From Ostreococcus lucimarinus (taxonomy: Eukaryota): a stretch of 64,000 bases of DNA. Positions 49,540 to 59,800 of the stretch are shown in pieces. The position numbers were made by a program, and so were the translations under genes. The stretch lies in assembly GCA_000092065.1 (NCBI GenBank), contig CP000600.1, one strand, 5' to 3'. The notes under the pieces are model-generated. The model made no database searches, was not told the origin of the DNA, and was given only the letters and a program-made list of their open reading frames with translations. Numbering within the stretch: position 1 is the stretch's first letter; every line of letters starts with the position of its first letter.

Positions 49540-50724
49540 TCAACGCTTCGAGTACGTCGGCGGGTTGCCCTGCGTGACGCGACAATACTTCAGTAACTGC
49601 GCCTCGATGTTTTGCCCCGGCCGCGCCTGGCCTTTCAAATACGGATCGAGCTCGCTCAGCGTCCATCGCGGTTTCACCGCCCAGAGCGCGGCGAATCGAT
49701 CGCCCGGCTCCCTCGGTAAATCGCTCGCGATGAGCGTGCGCACGAACGCCTCCGCCGCGCGCTCGGGTCGATCGATGAGCGCCAAGCCCGAGAGATACTC
49801 TTCCTTGGCCTCGACGTGCCCGAGATTGAACTCGCTCAGCTTTTCGCGCCACTGGTCCATCATTTCCACCAGACGCCACGCCTTCAATCCAGCGCCGTCG
49901 CGCAGCACGCGCTGCGCCAACGCTCGACACACGGCTTCTTCGTCTAGCGCCCACGTGGCGTCGACATCGTGTTTCGTCGCGAACGCGTGAAGCGTGTTTC
50001 TCGCCATCTCCGGCGCGAACCCGTCGCTCGCCATCGCGTCCACGACGGCGTCCGTCGGCAACGCGCTCGTCGACCATCCGTTCCCGAACGCGCTCGCCGT
50101 CATCATCGCCAACGCATGTAACCTGTACTCCGCGTCCACGCCGCGCCACTTCCCATCGATCTCGATGGCGACGATTTCCTCTTGCAAGCACTTTAAAATC
50201 TCCAACTCGCTCGCCTGCACGCGCGCGTTCAACTCGTCGAACCCGAATCCCACGCCCTCGCCCTCGCCCTCGTCCGCGTCCATCGCCTCCGCCGTCCCGG
50301 CGTACGCCACGCTCGCCATCATCTCTCGCAACCGATCCAACCGCGGCGCGATCTCCGTCAAATCCAAATGCGAGCTCGTCTGCGCTCGAACCGTCGCGCG
50401 CCGCGGCCCGTCCTCCTCCTCCTCCATCGCCTCCGTCTCGTCCTCCTCGCCCCCCAACGCCGGTCCGACGATCAGGCACTGATTCGACGATTCCACGCGC
50501 GTCACCTGATACGTCTTCGACCGCGTGCACACCACGGCGACGTCGTCGGGCTCGCCCTTGAACGCGATGACGCCGTCGTTTGAAAGAATCTCGCTCAAGA
50601 TTTCCTCGTCAACCTCCAGCAGCTCGACGCGTTCGCTCGCGTAGTCGGCGCCGCGGACGAGATCGAACTCTTCGCCGTCCTCCGCGACGAAGGCGCCGTT
50701 CGCGACGGCGTCGCGGCGCGACAT
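49540..50724 (-). CDS. DSCC1: Sister chromatid cohesion protein DCC1 homologue (CTF18-RFC subunit)
   Basis: N-terminal block LVRGADYASERVELLEVDEEILSEIL...GVIAFKGEPDDVAVVCTRSKTYQVTRVESSNQCLIV follows the DCC1 pattern (LLELD..L..L, V.CS..KTY.L....SN.LL). Full-length 394 aa with true ATG. Confidence 0.7.
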   Translation of the reverse strand: MSRRDAVANGAFVAEDGEEFDLVRGADYASERVELLEVDEEILSEILSNDGVIAFKGEPDDVAVVCTRSKTYQVTRVESSNQCLIVGPALGGEEDETEAMEEEEDGPRRATVRAQTSSHLDLTEIAPRLDRLREMMASVAYAGTAEAMDADEGEGEGVGFGFDELNARVQASELEILKCLQEEIVAIEIDGKWRGVDAEYRLHALAMMTASAFGNGWSTSALPTDAVVDAMASDGFAPEMARNTLHAFATKHDVDATWALDEEAVCRALAQRVLRDGAGLKAWRLVEMMDQWREKLSEFNLGHVEAKEEYLSGLALIDRPERAAEAFVRTLIASDLPREPGDRFAALWAVKPRWTLSELDPYLKGQARPGQNIEAQLLKYCRVTQGNPPTYSKR

Positions 50725-50763
50725 GGGTCGAGAAATGGCGTCAGAGCGCGACGCGCGGTCGAC

Positions 50764-52631
50764 ATGGGCGCGACCGATGGGACGAGCGCGCGCGAGGCGC
50801 GTCGAAAGGCGCGCGAGTTGGAGGAGGGTCGAAAGGTGCGCGCGCGCTCGCGCGCCGAGCGCGTCGACGCGTCGCGCGAGCGACGCGCGGACGACGCGCG
50901 AGGACGATTTCGTCGCGCGCCGCCCGCCATTCCTCGCGACATTCGTTTCGTCGCGCCTCGACGCGACGCGACGCGCGCGACGGCGGTGGACTGACGGCGA
51001 CGACGCGTTCGCGCGCGCTCCAGGCTGGGTTGATCCCGCACGAGATCGATGAGGACGGGAACGCGATCAACCCGCACATTCCTCAATTCATGGCGGCGGC
51101 GCCGTGGTACCTGAAGCAAGACGGGCCGGGATTGAAACATCAAAAGGCGCCGAAAAAAGCCGAAGAGAGCGCGGAGTGGTACAAGAGAGGCGTGACGACG
51201 ACGAAGGCGACGAAATTTCGTAAGGGGGCGTGCGAGAATTGCGGAGCGATGACGCACAAGAAGAAGGATTGCATGGAGCGGCCGCGCGCGAGAGGCGCGA
51301 GCAAGACGCAAAAGGACATCGCGGCGGACGAGTACGTGCAACCGGAGTTGAAGCTTGGGTTTGAGAGTAAGCGCGATCGGTATAACGGATTCGATGTGGA
51401 TGATTACGTCAAGGTGGTGGAGCGATACGAGGCGGCGGACGCGATGAAGCAAAAATTGGCCAAGCAAAAAGAGTTGGAACGCGCGTTTCGGCGGGCGAAT
51501 AAAAAGGAGGACGACGCGGCGAGCGACTCGGATTCGGACGATACGAGCTCCGACGACGACGACGACGACGACGCGAAGGTTGCGGATAAGGCGGCGACGG
51601 GGTTTGCAAACATCAAACGCGCGGTGCGCGCGCCCGGAGGGGGCGCTTCCGGCACGGTGCGTAACTTGCGTCTTCGCGAAGACACGGCGAAATATTTGCG
51701 CAACCTGGATGTGGATTCGGCGTACTACGACCCAAAGACGCGCTCGATGCGCGAGAATCCGACGCCGAACGCCGATCCCAAAGACAACTTCTTCCGCGGT
51801 GATAACGCGGCGCGAAATGACGGGCAAGTGGTGGAGTTTGAGCGTTTGAATCGTCACGCATGGGAGCAGGCGGAAGCCGGCGGCGCGAGCGCCATTCACA
51901 TGCAAGGCGCGCCGTCGCAAGCCGAGGCGCTGTACAAGCAATTCAAAGAAAAGAAGGAAAAGCTCGCGGGAATGAATAAAAAGAACATCATGGAAAAGTA
52001 CGGCGACGCGAGCGCGGGCAAAGAGCTTCCCGACGGTTTGGCGCTCGGTCAAACGGAGCAATACGTCGAGTACGACCGCGCGGGCCGTCTCATCAAGGGA
52101 ACCGAAAAAGCCACGGTGAAGAGTTGTTACGAGGAGGATGTCCTTTTGCAAAATCACACCAAGGTTTGGGGCTCGTACTGGAACGCCGGTCAGTGGGGTT
52201 ACGCGTGTTGTCAAAGCATGGTGAAGAACTCGTATTGCACGGGCGAGCGCGGCGTCGAAGCCGCGCTCGCGAGCGAGCAACTCATGGTGGACAACATGGA
52301 GAACAAGCGCGCGATGGACGAGGCGAACGAAGCGCGAGCGAAGTCGCAGCTCAACGCGACGACGAAACCGAGCGATCTGTGGGGTGGTGATGTCAAGGAT
52401 GACGTCGAGATCGATCCTCAAAAGCTCCTCGAAGCCTTGAAGCGGCAAGACGAACGCGAGGAAGCGCTCAAGCGCGGCGGCGACGGGAAGAACAAGCGCG
52501 GGTACAACGTCACGCACGATTCGCAAGTCACGGCGGAAGACATGGAGGCGTATAGGATGAAAAAGCGCGCATTCGAGGACCCGATGAAAAAAGCGTCGGG
52601 CGCGGGGACCGATGGTTACGATCTAGTGTAG
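50764..52631 (+). CDS. SLU7: Pre-mRNA splicing factor SLU7; two exons (50764..50835, 51024..52631)
   Basis: CCHC knuckle KGACENCGAMTHKKKDCMERPR. Long collinear identity with SLU7 (VRNLRLREDTAKYLRNLDVDSAYYDPKTRSMRENP, WGSYWNAGQWGYACCQSMVKNSYCTGE, MEAYRMKKRAF). Exon 1 encodes MGATDGTSAREARRKARELEEGRK (the SLU7 EDWRKKKELEEQRKL motif). It is spliced via aag|GTGCGC ... gtggACTGACggcgacgacgcg ... ctcCAG to AGLIPHEIDEDGNAINPHIPQF. The track ORF 5' extension overlaps DCC1 and is not coding. Confidence 0.9.
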
Positions 52632-52668
52632 AAATTGTATAGCAAGTTTGAGCGATTCGCCCTTAAAG

Positions 52669-53865
52669 TCACGCCGCGACGGCGATCTCGTCCGTGAGAT
52701 TGCTTTCGACCGCGCTCACTTTCTCAATCCATCCATCTAAACGCCCGGCGAGTTCGGCGATTTGCGAGCGTAACAAGACGCGAGGTTGGACCCACGTCAC
52801 GATGACCTTGCTCTCGACCTGGTCGATGATGCCTTCGATCAAGTGTACGCTCAGCGCCTTCATGAGCAAGTACTCCACGCCGTCCGTGGTCAGCTTCGTC
52901 TTCACCGCGATGTCGCTCAAAGAAATCTCTCGATGCTCGGCGGGAAGTTTGAATATGATTTGCAACAGGGACAAGATCGTAATCTTCTCCCGAAGCCTGC
53001 GCTCGTTCGCCACGAGCGCGGGTTGCGCGTTCAAAGCCGCGGCGTGCTTGACGCACAACTGATCGTACTCGTGTAAATCGCCCTCGTTGAACGCCTTGAC
53101 GACGTCCATCAACCACGCGAAAGGCCCATCATTCAAACTCTCCACTATCGGATGCGCGAGAAGCTCGGCGAAATTGTACACGTTCTCCCCGAGCAAAGCG
53201 GCGAGACACAAGTCGACGCTCAACGCCGCGCGCGTCTCCGCGGGCAACATTTCGCACGACACGTACGCCAAATACAACATGCCCGACTTGTAAAACTCGG
53301 CGTAATTTTCCCGCACCTTGTAATACCGACTCGCGACGTAATGATACGCCGCGCTGACGCTCGGATCCGGCGCCGGCAACGCCTCCAACGCTTCTTTATC
53401 GCCCTCCGTCACCGCGCGTTTGGCGTACTCTAAATCCCCCGCCACCAATCTCAACAGCGTCACGTGCGCCGCGACGTACACCCCCGGTTCCCTCGCATCG
53501 TCCCCGTGCGCCGCCACCAACCTCGCGCTCGTCTCCGTCAGGAATTCCACCGCTTCTTCCCCGGTCAACGCGTCGCTCACCGCCACCGCCACGTGCGCCG
53601 TCTTCAACGGATTAAACCTCGTCTCCGCCTCCCTCACCACGCCGTCGTACATCCCTCGCAGGCCTCCCGGGAGAAGCGCCACGCGCGCGTTCATCGGCGC
53701 CGCCACCGCGCGCTCGATCGCCAGCGTCAGCTCGTGCCACAGCTTTTTCGTTCGCAAATCGCCGATCTCGATCAACAGCTCGCGCGTCTCGTCGTCGATC
53801 GCGCGCGCGGCGTCGATCGCGGCGTCCAGGTACGCCGTCCCGGCGTCGGGCGCCGCGGCGGGCAT
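52669..53865 (-). CDS. PSMD13: 26S proteasome regulatory subunit Rpn9 / PSMD13 (PCI domain)
   Basis: From ATG 53865 (MPAAAPDAG...). LRTKKLWHELTL, NFAELLAHPIVESL, ANERRLREKITILSLLQIIF, VEYLLMKALSVHLIEGIIDQVESKVIVTWVQPRVL all parallel PSMD13. Confidence 0.85.
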   Translation of the reverse strand: MPAAAPDAGTAYLDAAIDAARAIDDETRELLIEIGDLRTKKLWHELTLAIERAVAAPMNARVALLPGGLRGMYDGVVREAETRFNPLKTAHVAVAVSDALTGEEAVEFLTETSARLVAAHGDDAREPGVYVAAHVTLLRLVAGDLEYAKRAVTEGDKEALEALPAPDPSVSAAYHYVASRYYKVRENYAEFYKSGMLYLAYVSCEMLPAETRAALSVDLCLAALLGENVYNFAELLAHPIVESLNDGPFAWLMDVVKAFNEGDLHEYDQLCVKHAAALNAQPALVANERRLREKITILSLLQIIFKLPAEHREISLSDIAVKTKLTTDGVEYLLMKALSVHLIEGIIDQVESKVIVTWVQPRVLLRSQIAELAGRLDGWIEKVSAVESNLTDEIAVAA

Positions 53866-53998
53866 CGCGTCGGCGCGCGTCGCGTCGCGCGTCGCGTCGT
53901 CGTCGCGTCGTCGCGTCGAGGTGTCGCGACGGACGCGTCGGCACACGACGACGCGCGCGACGCGCGACGCGCGCGGCGAGCGCGCGGCGCGGCGCGGG

Positions 53999-54646
53999 AT
54001 GCTCGCGATCGCTCGATCGCGCGCGACGGCGGCGCTTCGCGCGTCGCGCGTCGCGCGCGCGATCGAGCGCGAGGGCGGCGCGGCGACGGCGACGGCGACG
54101 GCGACGAAGGCGACGGCGCGCGCGCGATCGAGCGACGGCGCGGACGCGGACGCGGACGCGACGGCGTCGACGTCGACGACGACGACGACGACGCGCGCGC
54201 GCGGACGCGCGCGCGCGGAGGACGGCGCGGACGAGACGGCGTCGAGGCTGGCGAGCGCGGCGAGCGGGACGCGCGAGGTCGAGCGACCGGCGCGGTTGAG
54301 TCGAGATCGGTTGTATTATCCGGGACAGAACTACGAGCCGAGCGATTTAGCGGCGCAGACGGCGAGAACGGCGCCGGTGCGACACACGGCGGCGGGGAAG
54401 ACGGTGAAGAATCCGATGCGAGGGAAGGCGGTGGAGGCGACGCTGCTCGAACGCGCGGCGTACGAAGACGCGAGGTTTTTGACGCAGTTCGTGAGCGATA
54501 CGGGGAAGATTTACCCGAAGCGACGGTTAGGGGTGAGCGCGAAGGCGCAGCGGAAGATCGCGCGCGCGATCAAAACGGCGCGGCAGATGGGGATTTTGCC
54601 GTACACGTCTCGTCTTCCGCAGTTTCAACGCAGCCGCGAGACGTGA
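53999..54646 (+). CDS. Organellar ribosomal protein S18 (bS18 family)
   Basis: C-terminal YPKRRLGVSAKAQRKIARAIKTARQMGILPYT is the bS18 signature. Long A/T/R/D-rich presequence with (GCGACG)n coding repeats. Start at ATG 53999, downstream of the Rpn9 start on the opposite strand. Confidence 0.75.
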   Translation: MLAIARSRATAALRASRVARAIEREGGAATATATATKATARARSSDGADADADATASTSTTTTTTRARGRARAEDGADETASRLASAASGTREVERPARLSRDRLYYPGQNYEPSDLAAQTARTAPVRHTAAGKTVKNPMRGKAVEATLLERAAYEDARFLTQFVSDTGKIYPKRRLGVSAKAQRKIARAIKTARQMGILPYTSRLPQFQRSRET

Positions 54647-54699
54647 CGCGACGCGAAGCGACGTACGACGTAGCCTAATGCGTGTCACAACACGACGCG

Positions 54700-55146
54700 C
54701 TACACCGCGCGCTCCGCTAACTCTAACTCTAACAGTTCCCTGATCCCTCGCTCGATCTCCGCGAGCGACGTCTCGACTTCTCGCAGCGCGTTCGCCGCCT
54801 CGACCTCTCGCGTCGCCGCGTCCCGCCTCGCGTCTCGCGCCCTCCCCAGTCCCTCGTCCACCGTCATCTCCGCCATGAACCCCAGTCCCACGTCCACGAA
54901 CACCGTGCGCGCGTCGTGCGCCCGCGCGCGCGCGCGTATCTCCCCTCCCACGTCCACCAGCGCGTCGAAACCGCCGCCGTCGCCGTCCTCTCGCAACCGC
55001 GACAGCTTCGCCTCGAGCGCCTCCCACGCCTCGCGGTCCTCGCGCGCGTCCTCGAGCGCGCGCGCGCGCGTCGCGCGCTCCGGCACCAGCGTCTCGCGCG
55101 CGACCGCCGCGCGCGCGACCGCGTCGCCGCGCGCGCGCGACGTCAT
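54700..55146 (-). CDS. UXT: Prefoldin-like protein UXT homologue (alpha-class prefoldin coiled-coil)
   Basis: [60 protein letters not shown] parallels UXT ([25 protein letters not shown]...LLEGLRELQGL). Start at internal ATG 55146 (MTSRARGD). The upstream part of the track ORF is S/R-rich. Confidence 0.6.
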   Translation of the reverse strand: MTSRARGDAVARAAVARETLVPERATRARALEDAREDREAWEALEAKLSRLREDGDGGGFDALVDVGGEIRARARAHDARTVFVDVGLGFMAEMTVDEGLGRARDARRDAATREVEAANALREVETSLAEIERGIRELLELELAERAV

Positions 55147-55174
55147 TCGTCGTCGCGTCGAGGACTGACGCCCC

Positions 55175-55708
55175 ATGCTCGCGCGCCGCGACGCCCTCCT
55201 GAGCGCCGCGCTGAGCGCCGGCGCGCTCGCGCGACCGCGACGCGCGCGCGCGGCGCCGGCGCCGACGTTCGCGCCGACCAGGGACGGCGTGCGGTTCCGC
55301 GACGCGCGCGTCGGCGACGGACCCGAGGTGTTCGCGCACGACGCCGTCGTCATCCTCTTCACCGCGCGCGTCCTGCCGAGCGACGACGGCGCGCTCGATC
55401 GGCGGCGCGCGGGGGACACGTTCGATCCGTTCGTCGTCGGCGGCGCGGGCGCGAGCGCGTCGAAGGGATTCAAGCTGGAGATTGGGAGCGCGACGAATGA
55501 CATTCCGGAGGGCTGGGCGCGCGCGTTCGAGGGCGACGGCGACGCGATGCCGCGGATGCGAATCGGTGGGAAACGAATCGTGCGGATACCGCCGAGCTTG
55601 GCGTACGGCGAGCGAGGGCATCACTGTCGAGACGGCGTGCGAGGGGCGTGCGAGGTGAACCCGGGGGAGAGCGTGGAGATTGACTTTGAGATTCTTCGGT
55701 ACACGTGA
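55175..55708 (+). CDS. FKBP-type peptidyl-prolyl cis-trans isomerase with twin-arginine (lumenal) presequence
   Basis: MLARRDALLSAALSAGALARPRRARAAPA presequence, then FKBP fold (GVRFRDARVGDGPEVFAHDAVVILFTARV...DTFDPFVVGGAG...IPEGWARAFEGD...MRIGGKRIVRIPPSLAYGERG...ESVEIDFEILRY). Confidence 0.8.
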   Translation: MLARRDALLSAALSAGALARPRRARAAPAPTFAPTRDGVRFRDARVGDGPEVFAHDAVVILFTARVLPSDDGALDRRRAGDTFDPFVVGGAGASASKGFKLEIGSATNDIPEGWARAFEGDGDAMPRMRIGGKRIVRIPPSLAYGERGHHCRDGVRGACEVNPGESVEIDFEILRYT

Positions 55709-55721
55709 CGCGTCATCGTCG

Positions 55722-56687
55722 CTATCGATGCTCGTCGTCGGAGACGGTCGTCGCGGCCTGGGCGAGGGCTTTCTTCTTTAGCATCCATTTCGGCGCGTCG
55801 TCGCGGCGGGGCGACAACGCGCTTACCGAAGCCGGCGCGACGCCTTTCGCCTTGGCCTCGAACACGCCGTCGTCCTTCGCGGCGGCGCCGATGGCGACGA
55901 TGTACGATTTCTTCTCGTCTCCGGACGGAAGCGCGGTGAATATCTGCGCGAAGACGACGACGTTCGGGTCCTTCAAATTCACCGAGACTTCGCACTCGGC
56001 GTCGGCGTCCTTGAACGCTCGCTCGCACGCCTTCGCAATCTTCGGCACCATCACCGCGCGCCCGTGCGCGACGTCGGACGCGTCCGTGTCTTCCTCGCTA
56101 ACGCTAGCGGTGCTATCCACCCTCTTGTTATACACCACCGCGAACGCGATCGATTTCGATCTCGCGTCTTCGCTCCGCGCGCGCGTCTCCCGCACGACTC
56201 TCTCCACGCACGCTCGCATCCCGTCCTCGTCCCCGACCTCGAACGCGCCGTCGATCGGGTACATCTTGTATAAAAATTCCGACCCCTCGTCCTTCCCTCC
56301 TCGCACGTCGTCGAGCGCTCGTTTCACCGTCGCCGTCGCCGTCCGCGCCGAGCCGCCGCCGCTCGCCGCCATCAACAGCGCCCCCCTCGCCGGCAGTTTC
56401 ACCGGCGCGTACGCCGAGTCCTCCCCCAGCATCCGTCGCAACGCCGCCGTCGCGCTCTTCTCTCTCGATTGCCGGCACGTCGCGAACACCGCTCGGACGG
56501 CGCCGTCGCCGTCGCCGCGCTCGAGCAGCGTCGCCCGCAGCGTCGCGTACGCGAACCTCCGAAACTCGCCCGCGCCGCGCGCGCGCTTCGCGTCGCCGCC
56601 GTCGTCGTCGTCGGCGTCGTCGCGCGGCGCTCGGCGTCGCATCTGCGCCTCGGCGGCGTCGCGCAGGCGCGCCGACGGCGACGACAT
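55722..56687 (-). CDS. THUMPD1: THUMP domain protein (THUMPD1/Tan1-like)
   Basis: From ATG 56687: MSSPSARLRDAAEAQMRRRAPRDDADDDDGGDAKRARGAGEFRRF... N-terminal basic/acidic region as in THUMPD1. THUMP-type core (IAFAVVYNKRVDSTASVSEE...VSVNLKDPNVVVFAQIFTALP...YIVAIGAA). Confidence 0.7.
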   Translation of the reverse strand: MSSPSARLRDAAEAQMRRRAPRDDADDDDGGDAKRARGAGEFRRFAYATLRATLLERGDGDGAVRAVFATCRQSREKSATAALRRMLGEDSAYAPVKLPARGALLMAASGGGSARTATATVKRALDDVRGGKDEGSEFLYKMYPIDGAFEVGDEDGMRACVERVVRETRARSEDARSKSIAFAVVYNKRVDSTASVSEEDTDASDVAHGRAVMVPKIAKACERAFKDADAECEVSVNLKDPNVVVFAQIFTALPSGDEKKSYIVAIGAAAKDDGVFEAKAKGVAPASVSALSPRRDDAPKWMLKKKALAQAATTVSDDEHR

Positions 56688-56847
56688 GGATTTCGGCGCC
56701 AAAACGCCGCGCAGTGACGACCGACGTCGTCGTCGTCGCGCGCGCCGGGCGCGCGCGATACCGCGCGAAGGCGCGAGCGCGCCGTTCGCATCGTCGTCGT
56801 CGTCGTCGACGGCGCGTGTGAGTCGAACGGCGCGACGGGAAGGCGCG

Positions 56848-59800
56848 ATGCGTCGACGCGTCGCGAATGTCTCGCGGCATCTTAATCTCAATCTCGCGAC
56901 GCGCGCGACGCGCGGACGGGCGATCTGGACGGCTCGAGCGGATCGAGACGACCGCGCGGATGTCGCGGCGCGAACGGGGGGGCGGGACGCGGCGGGAGAG
57001 ACGTCGGGGCGCGAGGGGGTGGAGGTGGACGCGGGGACGGCGGCGAGGCGGACGACGAACGGCGTGCGAGCGCCGTTCGAACCCTCGGGAGATCAGCCGA
57101 GCGCGATCGAGCGGTGCAAGGAGCTGCTGAGCGATCGCGATAGGAAGTTTGTGTGCCTGAGGGGGGCGACGGGGACCGGGAAGACGTACGTCGTGGCGAA
57201 CGTGTTGGCGGCGCAGCGAAAGCCGGCGCTCGTGGTGGTGCCGAATAAGACGCTCGCGGCGCAAGTCGCGCGCGAACTTCGGGCGTATCTGGGCGAGAGT
57301 CACCGGGTGGAGCTGTTTGTGTCGCATTTCTCGGTGTACGTGCCGGAGTCGTACTCCAATGGGCGGTACACGGAGAAGCGAAGCGCGATTGATTCTGATC
57401 TGGACGCGTTGCGGCATCGAGCGACGCGAGCGCTCGTTGAACCTGGGAAGACGCCCGTCGTCGTCGCGAGCGTGAGTTGCCTGTATGGTTTGGGGTTACC
57501 GACGGATTACGTAGATGCGGCGCTGACGATCGAGATCGGGGCCTCGGCGTCGACATTCGGCATCGACGGCGTCGAGGATAAGCTTCGCGACGATTTACTG
57601 TACGAGCGCGTGATGCCGTACATGGATATTGAGCGCGGTCAATACAAAACTACCGCCGCACCTGACGACGACAACTGCTTCACCATCACTATTTGGCCGC
57701 CATATTTGGAAAGTGCGTTGGACGTACGAGTTCGAGGCGACGACGGCGTCGTCGTCGCGTGTGAAGCGCGCGGACGCCGGGTCGATTTACCGCTCACGAT
57801 TTGGCCGCGCGTGCACTACATCACCCCGGCCGAGCGCCTGCAACGCGCGCTCGTGAGCATCAAGGCTGAACTGGACGAACAAACGAAGAAGCTTCGCGCC
57901 GAGGGGTGCGCGATCGAGGCTGATAGACTGGAGCAGAGAACCAACGCCGACTTGACCTTGCTGCGAGAGCTCGGTTGGTGCCCAGGCGCCGAGCACTACA
58001 GCCGTCATTTACGCTGCGCAAAGCCCGAAGAGCCGCCGGTGACGCTTCTGGATTACTTTTCATACTCAGCGGACTCCCAAACGCGTCGCGACTGGTTATT
58101 GGTCGCCGACGAATCTCACGTCATGCTGCCGCAACTTCGCGCGATGCACGGCGGCGACAGAAGCCGTAAAACGGCGCTCGTGGGCGCCGGTTATCGTCTG
58201 CCATCGGCGTTGGACAATCGTCCACTCATGAGCGAAGAATTCTGGCAGCGTGTCCCGCAGGCACTGCTCGTGAGCGCGACTCCGGGCGATATTGAGACGG
58301 AATGGGTCGGCGGCAAGTCGAGCGATGCCATGGTTGACATGGTCGTGCGACCGAGCGGCGTGCTCGATCCGCCGGTGCACGTCGTAGGCAAAGAGAATCA
58401 ACTCGAAGCGTTGGCACAGCGAGTGAATGAGAAAGCTAAGATTGGCGAACGCTCGCTGGTGTGCGTGCTCACCAAGGCGGACACCGAGGATCTGTCGATG
58501 TACTTGAACGCGCACGGCGTGCGCGCCGATTGGGTGCACTCAGAGCTCACTGCCCCGCAACGTGCCGAAAAACTGTCCAAGCTTCAACAAGGCGAACTAG
58601 ATTGTATCGTGGGTGCGCAGCTTCTGCGCGAAGGCTTGGATCTACCTTCAGTGTCGCTCGTCGCCATTTTAGATGCGGATATTCCTGGTTTCATGCGAAG
58701 CGCGCGCTCGTTGATGCAGATGGCTGGCCGGGCGGCGCGGAACAAGAACGGCGAATGCGTGCTCTTTGCGGATTCCATCACCGCCGCCATGAAAGAGATG
58801 ATGAATGAGGTCGATCGTCGTCGCGTGAAACAACACAAGCACAATGTCGACAACAATCTCGTTCCGGTGACGGCGACGTTGGGGTCTTCGACGTCGACGC
58901 TCTCTCTCTTCGACGTCATGGCGGATGAGATCGAACTTGAGAAGCAAAAGTGGGCCGTAGAACAGTCCGCTGCGCTCACGTCGCCGAAGAGTGCTGAAGT
59001 AGACACGGAAGCCGTCGATAAAGCGCTCCGAAGTTGGCGAAAGCGACGAGAAGGCGGCGGCGTACGGCCGGGTCCGAAACCGTCAGACGCGCTCAAAGAA
59101 GTGCAGGTGGAGGAGGGCGAAAAACTCGTCGCCGAGACTGTGTTAGATGCGTATGGGCTCGATGCGACGCATGTCGAGCGACTCAGGCGTTTACATCGCG
59201 ATATGCCATCGAAAACAGGAGTGTATCGATGGATCGATGAGGCTGGCAACGTGCTTTACGTCGGCAAGGCGAAGAATTTGCGCTCGCGGACTGGGCACTA
59301 TCTGTCGCCCGCATTGATACAGTCATCGCCGCGACATCGAAAGCTCTTAGCCTCAGCACGCACTCTCGATGCTGTGCTGACGCCAGGCGGCGAAGCCGAT
59401 GCGCTTGCGCTCGAAGCGAGATTAATTCAGCGCGAGCGTCCAGCGTTGAACATTTTGCTGAAGGATGCGCCGAAGCCCGAAAGCGCGCGAATCGTTTTGA
59501 CATCGAGGGATGCCGACGGGCGTATTTTCGTGGCTAAGTTTCAAAATGAGTTCGACCCCACCAGAGCCGAGAAAGTGTGGACTCTCCCCACTCGCGAAGC
59601 AGCAATTCGTATGATGGCTGTTCTCGAACGTGCGCTCGATTTGCGCGGCGTTTCGTTTCGCTCGCGTTTCGGCGAAACCGCCGCCGTCGCGCAGTGGCGC
59701 TTCGCCGCGGAAGTCGCGACTTTGGTACTCGATGCCAAGTATGACGAAGCGGTCGCGGCACTGGAAGACCGTGGTGAAGTTGCGTCGGCGCTTGAGTTGC

